A stretch of DNA of 29,867 nt from Dehalococcoidia bacterium (GCA_030606385.1 JAUWGN010000001.1:1-29867), one strand, 5' to 3'; shown: positions 9,843-17,063, counted from the stretch's first letter. Notes: generated by a model from the sequence alone, not told the origin. Translations and numbers: made by a program.

Positions 9843-9921
9843 CAAAGGTTCTATATAAGAAACGGGGGTTAATGCGGAAGTAACTTAACATGTTTAACCC
9901 TTGTCTTCTACCTCCTTTCAT
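9835..9921 (-). CDS. Possible leaderless 28-aa peptide (MKGGRRQGLNMLSYFRINPRFLYRTFVL)
   Basis: The ATG at 9921 lies 7 nt after the -10 of the promoter at 9957-9929, the same geometry as the HTH gene. An internal AAGGAGGT could alternatively serve the second Met. There is no homology evidence. Confidence 0.3.
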   Translation of the reverse strand: MKGGRRQGLNMLSYFRINPRFLYRTFVL

Positions 9922-9928
9922 AGATATT

Positions 9929-9957
9929 ATAATATTTTATTTATTGTCATTTGTCAA
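9929..9957 (-). promoter_or_regulatory. Promoter/operator copy 2 (TTGACA-17-TATTAT)
   Basis: TTGACA at 9957-9952, 17-nt spacer, TATTAT at 9934-9929. It overlaps the stop codon of the HTH gene. Confidence 0.7.
9936..9957. repeat. 22-bp perfect direct repeat, copy A (copy B at 10192-10213)
   Basis: tttatttattgtcatttgtcaa is identical at 9936-9957 and 10192-10213. Confidence 0.95.
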
Positions 9958-10177
9958 TAAGTTTTCGCCTCTTGTTAACACGTATTTGAGTAGCAAGCCA
10001 TTTAATCTCAGCATCTGTAAGCATGTAGCGATTGCCAAATTTTTGAGCCGTCGGTAACTTCCTTTTTATCAAATCATCCACTTGTTGACGAGCGTACCTA
10101 TGACGCCCCTTCATCTTAGCTAATTGCTCACAGACCTCCTCAGTCGGGTACATTGGTAAAGCAACGAGCACCGACAT
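9947..10177 (-). CDS. Small excisionase-like/MerR-type HTH DNA-binding protein (HTH_17-like)
   Basis: Y-x2-EEV...RQQVDDLIKRKLPTAQKFGNRYMLTDAEI fits the HTH_17 pattern (L-P-A-x-K-x-G-x2-Y). The ATG lies 7 nt downstream of a canonical promoter and has no SD. Confidence 0.75.
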   Translation of the reverse strand: MSVLVALPMYPTEEVCEQLAKMKGRHRYARQQVDDLIKRKLPTAQKFGNRYMLTDAEIKWLATQIRVNKRRKLIDK

Positions 10178-10184
10178 AATGCAA

Positions 10185-10213
10185 AGCTTAATTTATTTAT
10201 TGTCATTTGTCAA
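10185..10213 (-). promoter_or_regulatory. Promoter/operator copy 1 (TTGACA-17-TAAGCT), probably producing a leaderless mRNA for the HTH gene
   Basis: TTGACA at 10213-10208, 17-nt spacer, TAAGCT at 10190-10185, 7 nt, then ATG at 10177. Confidence 0.65.
10192..10213. repeat. 22-bp perfect direct repeat, copy B
   Basis: Identical to 9936-9957. Confidence 0.95.
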
Positions 10214-10288
10214 GAAAATCTCTCTACCAAACATAGGTGAATTCCTAAGCCAATAGGTATGTAAGCAATCATTGTCTATTATCAATAA

Positions 10289-10912
10289 TTAAATGTCCTT
10301 ATTATCACTACCCCTGATGTAGAGCTTCTGCTTCGTGATATATTCTTCTACTTTGTCCGACACAAGATACCGGATTGATAATCCTCGAGCCACACGCTCC
10401 CGAATCTGTGAAGAACTAATATCAATTATCGGGGTAGCGACATAGCTGACCCTATCAGTTATCCCCGGAATATGACGCTCTAAATCCTCTAAAGCTGAGA
10501 AAGCTAAATTTGCTCTGGGCACAACGGCTAACTTGCATAGTTGGATTAGCTTGCTCGGCTCCTTCCACTCAGCAAACTGAGCTAGAGCATCACATCCCAG
10601 GATAAAAAACAAATCCGCCTGAGCACCTAACCGATTCCTGAGCTCAACCATAGTATCTATAGTATACGATGGGCCAGAGCGCTCCACCTCCACATCGCTT
10701 AGTTCAAAGTAAAGGTTAGAGAGAATAGCCAGACGCAGCATCTCCACGCGATAACCTGCCGGGGTAATCGGATGCTGCAGCTTAAGCCACGGCTGACCCG
10801 CAGGTACAAAAAGAACTTTTTCCAACCGTAACTGGACTTGGACTGCTTCAGCAATAATGAGATGCCCTATATGAACAGGGTCAAAGGTGCCTCCCAAAAC
10901 CCCCACTCTCAT
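10289..10912 (-). CDS. nadD: Nicotinate-nucleotide adenylyltransferase
   Basis: GVLGGTFDPVHIGHL, PAGQPWLK, GPSYTIDT, FILGCDAL and ISSSQIRERV motifs. Confidence 0.97.
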   Translation of the reverse strand: MRVGVLGGTFDPVHIGHLIIAEAVQVQLRLEKVLFVPAGQPWLKLQHPITPAGYRVEMLRLAILSNLYFELSDVEVERSGPSYTIDTMVELRNRLGAQADLFFILGCDALAQFAEWKEPSKLIQLCKLAVVPRANLAFSALEDLERHIPGITDRVSYVATPIIDISSSQIRERVARGLSIRYLVSDKVEEYITKQKLYIRGSDNKDI

Positions 10913-11070
10913 AACTTCACTGTCCGGTTATCCTTGATTATGATAATTATATATTTACCTATAGTATTTAAATAATAATAATACTAATAAGAATGTATAT
11001 AGGGATTAGAAAAAAGCTTTGAGCAAGGGATAAATGCTTCTTAAGCTTGTAACATTTTATTCACAGTATA
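10913..11070. other. Probable chromosomal replication origin (oriC) with DnaA box, DnaA-trio-like repeats and AT-rich unwinding element
   Basis: Directly downstream of dnaA. It contains TTATTCACA at 11057-11065 (fits TTWTNCACA), six tandem trinucleotides TAA TAA TAA TAC TAA TAA at 10973-10990, and a very AT-rich tract at ~10941-11000. Gene orientation is mostly - to the left and + to the right. Confidence 0.75.
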
Positions 11071-12417
11071 TTAATACGAATTGTCAATTTGTCGTTTAAT
11101 TTGACTGATTTGCCTTTTCAGCTTGGAATTAACCCCTAAATCGTTAGCTATTTTCTTATATCCATGGAGTATTGTGGCATGATTCCTATTGCCCAATATA
11201 TTGCTGATCTCGGTGAAAGAGTAATTTCCTTTCTCTCGCAGGAGATACGCTGCGATTTGGCGTGCTAGGGAAGTCTCCCTGTCCCTCTTTCTGCCTAGCA
11301 ATTGCTCTAAGGAACAGTCAAAATATTCAGCTACCGTTTGGACTATTAATTTACAGTCATCGTTGTTTTTATTAGTTGTTAATAATTTGGTGACTATTTG
11401 TGGAGTTAAGCTAAGCCCGGTTAACTTGGTATAGGCATCGAGGTATGTGAGGGCACCTTCAAGCTGGTAGACGTTATCCTGTATCTTCTGTGCGATAAAT
11501 TGCAGTGTCTCTTCGATGATAGGGAGTCTCTTCTCCGTTGACTTGGCTTGAAGTATAGCTAACCGTGTCCCAAAATCGAGTGGTTGAATTTGAGTAACAA
11601 GACCACATTGCAGGCGTGATCTTAGCCTGTTGCTGACTAAAGACATCTCTTTGGGGGCGCAGTCAGCAGCGATCACAATTTGACAGTTATTATGATAAAG
11701 CTCATTGAAGGTATGAAAGAAAAGCTGTTGAGTCTGCTTTTTATTATCTAGTAGTTGGAAATCATCGAAAAGGAACATATTTACCGGGGCGAATTTGCTT
11801 CGGAAATGGTCTACATCGTTCTGCTTGACTGCGAGCACAAATTCAGTGATGAATTGGTCAGCGGAGGAGTAAACCACGTTCAGTCCACTTTCTATCGCCA
11901 TGTGCCCGATAGCATGTAACAAGTGAGTCTTGCCGCGCCCAGTGTCTCCATGAATGATGAGTGGATTATAGACCAGTGATGGTTGCTGGCTTACCTCTGT
12001 GGCTGCAGCATAGGCAAGGCGATTACAATCACCCACCACAAATCTGGCGAAAGTGTATTTCGGGTTAAATCGGTAGGTTTTCATCCTGGTGCTTACTCCA
12101 CCGTCGTGCTGCAATGACTTCTCCCTGGCTAGTGTTGGCTGCTGTACCACGAATTGGACCTCTAAGTCTTTTCCTAAGATAATGGCAATGGTCTTCTTTA
12201 TCAATGAGTGAAAGCGTTTTGTAAGATACTCAGCGATGAAAGTATTGGGAACGCTAACTACGAAGACGTCGTTTTCACAACTGATACCTTGACTATCTCT
12301 AAGCCAGGTATCATAGTTTATCCTGTTGACTTGGAGTTGAAGCTGTCCTAAAGCTCTAGCCCAAGCCTCTTTTGCCGAAAATGGTTCACTCATAGAAACA
12401 AAATCACCGATAGCCAC
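11071..12417 (-). CDS. dnaA: Chromosomal replication initiator DnaA (start GTG 12417 or ATG 12393)
   Basis: Domain I (YDTWL), FNPKYTFARFVVGDCN, YNPLIIHG..G.GKTHLL, FFHTFNELY, RLRSRLQCGL and domain IV (ARQIAAYL...RNHATILHG) motifs. Confidence 0.97.
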   Translation of the reverse strand: MAIGDFVSMSEPFSAKEAWARALGQLQLQVNRINYDTWLRDSQGISCENDVFVVSVPNTFIAEYLTKRFHSLIKKTIAIILGKDLEVQFVVQQPTLAREKSLQHDGGVSTRMKTYRFNPKYTFARFVVGDCNRLAYAAATEVSQQPSLVYNPLIIHGDTGRGKTHLLHAIGHMAIESGLNVVYSSADQFITEFVLAVKQNDVDHFRSKFAPVNMFLFDDFQLLDNKKQTQQLFFHTFNELYHNNCQIVIAADCAPKEMSLVSNRLRSRLQCGLVTQIQPLDFGTRLAILQAKSTEKRLPIIEETLQFIAQKIQDNVYQLEGALTYLDAYTKLTGLSLTPQIVTKLLTTNKNNDDCKLIVQTVAEYFDCSLEQLLGRKRDRETSLARQIAAYLLREKGNYSFTEISNILGNRNHATILHGYKKIANDLGVNSKLKRQISQIKRQIDNSY

Positions 12418-12528
12418 ATAGAGTAATTGGAGAATACCAAAATGAAATTATTACAAAAACGGTTTTTGGTCATCTAGGGGGGTTTTGACATAACAAAAAA
12501 AATATTTGAAAATACTGTTGGGCTAGTT

Positions 12529-13461
12529 ATGAAAGTTATTTTTATGGGCACTCCGCAATTTGCCGTGCCTGTGTTGGAACGTTTGCTTAATAGTTCTTAC
12601 CAGGTAGTGGCAGTATGCACTCAACCTGATAAGCCGGCGGGGAGAAGGCGGGACCTCATTCGTTCGTCGGTAAAAGCTCTGGCTTTGAATTACCATATCC
12701 CTGTTATGCAACCAAAGACGTTCAAGTCTCCCCAGGCACTACGGGAATTGAGTCGCTTCTGTCCCGATTTCATCGTGGTTGCTGCTTTTGGTCTGATTCT
12801 CCCTCCCGAGGTGTTATCCCTGCCCCGGTTTGGTTGTCTTAATGTGCACCCTTCATTGTTGCCCCGTCATCGCGGACCCTCCCCTGTGGTTAATGCTATT
12901 CTTGATGGGGATGAAACTACCGGTGTCACCATCATGTTATTGGATGCCGGACTGGATAGCGGCCCTATTTTGGCGCAGAGGGAAATGCCTATCTTGTCTG
13001 AAGACACCACTGGCTCACTCACTGATAAACTAGCTCAACTGGGAACTGCTCTTCTGGTGGATATTTTGCCTGAATGGCTTGACGGCAAGATTAAGCCACA
13101 ACCTCAGGAGGAAAACGGAGCTACTTTCAGCAAGCTGATAACCAGCGGGGATGGGAAAATAGACTGGCATCTTCCCGCTGTGGAAATCTGGCGAAGGGTA
13201 AGGGCTTATAATCCATGGCCAGTTTGCTATGGCTGGTGGGGTGACAGAAGGATTAGAATTCACAGCGCTGTTCCTTTGGAGGATATAACTCCAGGAAAGG
13301 TGGGGGAGGTGGTGGCTTTGCCTTCGTCACCTGAAGCAGGTGTGATCACCGGGCACGGCGTCTTGGGCCTTGGTAGAGTGCAACTGGAGGGAAGGAAGGA
13401 AATGTCAATCGCTGAGTTTCTGAGAGGACAAAGAAGCTTTGTCGGCTCAGTTCTGGGTTGA
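12529..13461 (+). CDS. fmt: Methionyl-tRNA formyltransferase
   Basis: IFMGTPQFA, TQPDKPAGR, VVAAFGLILP, LNVHPSLLPRHRGPSP, GVTIM..D.GLDSGPI and RAYNPWP motifs. Confidence 0.97.
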   Translation: MKVIFMGTPQFAVPVLERLLNSSYQVVAVCTQPDKPAGRRRDLIRSSVKALALNYHIPVMQPKTFKSPQALRELSRFCPDFIVVAAFGLILPPEVLSLPRFGCLNVHPSLLPRHRGPSPVVNAILDGDETTGVTIMLLDAGLDSGPILAQREMPILSEDTTGSLTDKLAQLGTALLVDILPEWLDGKIKPQPQEENGATFSKLITSGDGKIDWHLPAVEIWRRVRAYNPWPVCYGWWGDRRIRIHSAVPLEDITPGKVGEVVALPSSPEAGVITGHGVLGLGRVQLEGRKEMSIAEFLRGQRSFVGSVLG

Positions 13462-13569
13462 GGGTACTGGCTTATTTGACTCGATTTTTATTTAAGTTAA
13501 TAATATTTGGCGGAGGCGGGAGAGATGTATTTTGTGTTACTTGCCATAGGACTGGGACGAAGATAGCCG

Positions 13570-14679
13570 TTGTTATCTAGATGCAGAAATTGTGGCAAAG
13601 AATCCCCCCTTATTTCCCGAATATTGGGAATATGTGTGGATTGTATTCGGGAGGACTTCACTGCAGTAGTGCCTGACATAGAGGAAGCTCACCGCGAGTC
13701 GCGAAGCCAATTCAACCTCCCCATTCATCCTCCTAGAAGCGAAACTGGTCCTCAATGCCATATTTGCGTAAACGAATGCCGACTACCCCCAAACGGCAGG
13801 AGCTATTGTGGGCTCCGCTATAATGAAGGGAACAGGCTCAAGGGTGCTACGGCAAATAGAGCTAATGTTAGTTGGTATCATGATTCCTTGCCGACCAACT
13901 GTGTAGCAGACTGGGTTTGCCCCGGTGGCACCGGAGCTGGCTATCCTCGTTTTGCTTATCGCAGCGGACCTGAATATGGCTACAAAAACCTTGCCGTGTT
14001 TTATCATGCCTGCTCCTTCGATTGCTTATTTTGCCAGAACTGGCACTATCGTGACTTAGCGTTACGGGAGTCCAATATTACTGCTTCAATGCTTGCTGAT
14101 GCTGTTGATGCGCACACTTCATGCATTTGTTACTTTGGTGGTGACCCCACGCCGCAGTTGCCCCATTCAATCCGTGTTGCCCGGCTGGCTCTGGAGAAGA
14201 ACAAAGGCAGAATCCTTCGCGTCTGCTGGGAGACCAATGGCTCAATGCGTCCCGCTCTATTGAAACAGACTGCCGAAATTGCTTTAAATTCCGGTGGCTG
14301 TATTAAGGTTGATCTCAAAGCCTGGGATGAAGGATTACATATTGCTCTTTGTGGTGTAAGCAACAAAAGAACCCTGGAAAACTTTCAGCTCCTGGCAGAA
14401 TATGCTCGGAAGAGACCTTCGCCGCCATTCTTGATAGCAAGCACTTTGCTCGTCCCGGGATACATAGACCGGGAGGAAATTTCCCGGCTTTCCCGGTTCA
14501 TTTCCTCCCTTAATCCTGATATCCCCTACTCGCTTCTTGCCTTTTATCCCCACTTTATGATGAGGGATTTGCCTACCACTTCTAGGCATCACGCTGAGGA
14601 ATGCCTGGCGGAAGCAAAAACACAGGGATTAAAAAGCATAAGAGTTGGCAATGTCCATCTTCTCAGCGATGATTACTAG
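13570..14679 (+). CDS. Radical SAM protein, AmmeMemoRadiSam/PFL-activating-enzyme-like, with N-terminal Cys clusters
   Basis: CxxxCxxC (CSFDCLFCQNW), upstream CHICVNECRL..G.SYCG, YFGGDP, WETNG and VDLKA motifs, and a C-terminal VGNVHL. Confidence 0.88.
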   Translation: MLSRCRNCGKESPLISRILGICVDCIREDFTAVVPDIEEAHRESRSQFNLPIHPPRSETGPQCHICVNECRLPPNGRSYCGLRYNEGNRLKGATANRANVSWYHDSLPTNCVADWVCPGGTGAGYPRFAYRSGPEYGYKNLAVFYHACSFDCLFCQNWHYRDLALRESNITASMLADAVDAHTSCICYFGGDPTPQLPHSIRVARLALEKNKGRILRVCWETNGSMRPALLKQTAEIALNSGGCIKVDLKAWDEGLHIALCGVSNKRTLENFQLLAEYARKRPSPPFLIASTLLVPGYIDREEISRLSRFISSLNPDIPYSLLAFYPHFMMRDLPTTSRHHAEECLAEAKTQGLKSIRVGNVHLLSDDY

Positions 14680-14709
14680 GAATCGGGCTTACCCTCTGCC
14701 CACTGCTTG

Positions 14710-15015
14710 CTAGTCAAGTTGCTTATTTGCTTTAAGCTCGTTGTAGCACTCGCTGCAATATACCGGTCTACCTTCACGGGGCTGGAACGGCACTTCTGTG
14801 TCTTTACCACACTGGGCACACACCGCAGGGAACATCTGGCGTCTGAAGCCGAAGTCGTCTCCGTAACGCTGGGCTTTTCTTGCTTTGCGGCACGCTGGGC
14901 AACGCTTGGGTTCATGAGCATAGCCTTTAGTGGCAAAGAACTCTTGTTCCTCAGCGGTGAAAGTGAAAGTCGCGCCGCAATCAGCGCACTCGAGCGTTTT
15001 CTCTACATAACCCAC
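14710..15015 (-). CDS. Zinc-ribbon protein (zf-trcl plus CxxC-x17-CxxC domain)
   Basis: L.C.DCG..F.FTAEEQEFF..KG...EPKRCP.CR followed by FPAVCAQCG...EVPF.P...RPVYCS.C. SD AGAGGAGG precedes the GTG start. Confidence 0.92.
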   Translation of the reverse strand: MGYVEKTLECADCGATFTFTAEEQEFFATKGYAHEPKRCPACRKARKAQRYGDDFGFRRQMFPAVCAQCGKDTEVPFQPREGRPVYCSECYNELKANKQLD

Positions 15016-15132
15016 TGGATGACCTCCTCTATATTAAATTGTTGGCTAGAGCTAAGGTCACTCAGCACCTTGAATAAACCTAGCGGAGTTTAACCCGGTA
15101 TGCAATGACCTAAAACCAACTCCAACAGAAAT

Positions 15133-15161
15133 ATTGTATACCACAAGGCTTTATATTGCAA
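15133..15161 (-). promoter_or_regulatory. Sigma70-type promoter for the zinc-ribbon gene
   Basis: TTGCAA (15161-15156), 17 nt, TACAAT (15138-15133). Predicted start at ~15126. Confidence 0.65.
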
Positions 15162-15187
15162 TAGTGATTTGGCTTTTGGGGGCAATG

Positions 15188-15196
15188 TGATAAAAT
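15188..15196 (+). promoter_or_regulatory. Extended -10 promoter for the FmdB-thiE-translin operon
   Basis: TG-A-TAAAAT, 15 nt upstream of ATG 15212. Confidence 0.5.
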
Positions 15197-15211
15197 CTTT
15201 ATTGATTAGCT

Positions 15212-15595
15212 ATGCCAGTTTACGAATACCGTTGTAATTCCTGCCACCGCAAGGTTAGCTTATTTCGGCACAATTTTTCGCCTGATGCTCCTGCCTGCCC
15301 TCACTGCGGGGGTGAGCTCAAACGGACATTCTCCACTTTCGCCATGCATAAAACCTACAAGGATGTTTATGACGATATACTTTCCGACAGAAACTTGACT
15401 GAGGGGATGATGCGTAATGACCCCAGAGCTTTAGCTGAGTGGAATAAGAGAATGACCGGAGGCGAGAAGCCTCCTCCAGATTATGAGGAGATGACTGAAA
15501 GAATGGAGAGCGGGGAATGGCCTGTTGAGCAGATTGAACAAAAGAGGAAAGAGGTGATGGGCCTATCCGAGTCATCAGAGGCGGAAGGGGATTAG
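15212..15595 (+). CDS. FmdB-family zinc-ribbon protein
   Basis: MPVYEYRCNSC...CPHCGG..L.R.FS N-terminus and a DPRALAEW C-terminal module. Confidence 0.88.
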   Translation: MPVYEYRCNSCHRKVSLFRHNFSPDAPACPHCGGELKRTFSTFAMHKTYKDVYDDILSDRNLTEGMMRNDPRALAEWNKRMTGGEKPPPDYEEMTERMESGEWPVEQIEQKRKEVMGLSESSEAEGD

Positions 15596-15607
15596 CAAGG
15601 AGGCAGA

Positions 15608-15982
15608 GTGCCAATCTATGAGTTTATCTGCCATGATTGTCGTGAAAAGACGAGTATTCTGCTGAGGAGTATCTCGGAGCCTGTTTCGGCCACCTGTCGC
15701 TTTTGCGGAAGCACTAATTTATCCCGTACTGTATCAAGCTTCGCCTACCATAAGTCATTACAAACTGTATGGGAGGAGAGTGGCGAACCATCAGCGCATC
15801 TCAGCGATGATTATTACAAAGACCCACGCAACATCGGGCGTTGGGCGGAGAAGAAATTTAAGGAAATGGGTGAAGAGATGCCTTCCCAGCTTAAAGAGGA
15901 AATACAGGCAGCTAGAGAGGGTGTGATGCCCGGGCCTCTGAAGGATTTACAAAATGCCTCACCAACCGCTTCGTATAGTTGA
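15608..15982 (+). CDS. FmdB-family zinc-ribbon protein (second, divergent paralog)
   Basis: MPIYEFICHDC...CRFCGS..L.R.VS N-terminus and a DPRNIGRW module. GTG start with SD AAGGAGG. Confidence 0.88.
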   Translation: MPIYEFICHDCREKTSILLRSISEPVSATCRFCGSTNLSRTVSSFAYHKSLQTVWEESGEPSAHLSDDYYKDPRNIGRWAEKKFKEMGEEMPSQLKEEIQAAREGVMPGPLKDLQNASPTASYS

Positions 15983-17063
15983 TGTCAACCTCAACCGTTC
16001 CGTTGAAGGGCTGCGTGTTCTGGAAGATGTTGCCCGTTTTGTTCTTAATGACGCTACACTAAGCCAGCAGTTAAGAAGCACTCGTCACAGTCTTGCCGAA
16101 GTCGGTGAGTCTCTGGGCATAATTCTTCTTGAGGAACGGGACTCGGAACACGATGTTGGCAGAGAAAATGTCATTGCCAGGCCCCCCTCTGTCATTGCGA
16201 GCCGAAGGCGAAGCAATCTCAACAAGCAGTCCTACCCTGATTTAGCCAGCCTGGTCGGAGCAAATGCTAACAGGGTGGAGGAATCTCTGCGCGTATTGGA
16301 GGAATTGGCTAAACTGGATGAACTGAGCTCCAAGCTCGATGCTGCCAAGTTTGAGAAAGTGAGGTTCTGCCTCTATTCGGTGGAAAAAGAGATGGTTTCC
16401 AGACTAACGCGGCAGGATAAGCTGAAGGAGTTGACTGGGCTTTATGTTATCGTCGATAGGCAAGTTCTGGGTGGCAGGGACGAATTGGAGGTAGCTCGAG
16501 AGGTTATTCAGGGAGGGGCCAAGGTTATCCAGCTCCGTGACAAGCAAAGGAGTATGGTGGAACTATTGCCCGTTGCTGAGAGGCTTAAGGAGCTATGCCT
16601 GAAGGCGGGGATTTTATTCATCATCAATGATTATTTGGATTTAGCACTGGCAGTCGATGCTGATGGTCTCCATATTGGCTACGGAGATCTGCCGGTTCAT
16701 GTTGCCAGGAGAGAATTGCCGGCGGCTAAAATAATTGGTAGCTCGGTTACCACGGTATCACGGGCAATCGAGGTGGGGGATGAAGGGGCGGATTACATTT
16801 CTGTGGGCTCGATGTTCCCTACGGAGAGCAAGGAAGGGGCTATTGTCGTCGGCCTGGATATTCTCAAGCAGGTGGGGGAGGCAGTATCCTCACCAGTGGT
16901 GGCTATCGGCGGCATTGATAAAAGCAATGTTGGTGAGGTAATTGCTGCTGGTGCTGATTGTGTTGCTGTGATTAGTGCTGTGTTAAGCACGCCAGATGTC
17001 AAAAAAGCCACCAAAGGGTTGGTTAGCGAGATAAGGAAGGCAAGGAGAAAATGCCAGGGTTAG
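15954..17063 (+). CDS. thiE: Thiamine-phosphate synthase with N-terminal ThiD2 domain
   Basis: ThiD2-type D.NLNR..EGLRVLED and N..RVEESLRVLEE, followed by the TMP synthase motifs QLRDK, INDY.DLA.AVDADGLHIG, FPTESK and VAIGGI. Confidence 0.93.
   Translation: MPHQPLRIVDVNLNRSVEGLRVLEDVARFVLNDATLSQQLRSTRHSLAEVGESLGIILLEERDSEHDVGRENVIARPPSVIASRRRSNLNKQSYPDLASLVGANANRVEESLRVLEELAKLDELSSKLDAAKFEKVRFCLYSVEKEMVSRLTRQDKLKELTGLYVIVDRQVLGGRDELEVAREVIQGGAKVIQLRDKQRSMVELLPVAERLKELCLKAGILFIINDYLDLALAVDADGLHIGYGDLPVHVARRELPAAKIIGSSVTTVSRAIEVGDEGADYISVGSMFPTESKEGAIVVGLDILKQVGEAVSSPVVAIGGIDKSNVGEVIAAGADCVAVISAVLSTPDVKKATKGLVSEIRKARRKCQG
16191..16220 (+). repeat. REP-like palindromic element (GTCATTGCGAG...GCAATCTC family) inserted in frame in thiE
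   Basis: gtcattgcgagccgaaggcgaagcaatctc has the same termini as the intergenic element at 28109-28162. It is exactly 10 codons (VIASRRRSNL). Confidence 0.75.

Noticed and set aside
12485-12513. fmt promoter TTGACA-17-GAAAAT and possible DnaA boxes upstream of dnaA
   Set aside because: The -10 lacks the first T, and no TTWTNCACA match was found in 12418-12528. This is too weak to list as a feature.
14707-15093. 128-aa plus-strand ORF, and likewise the many antisense ORFs inside the amidase, MFS, abfD, rel and gyrB genes
   Set aside because: These are shadows of well-supported genes on the opposite strand or frame, with no motifs or SDs.
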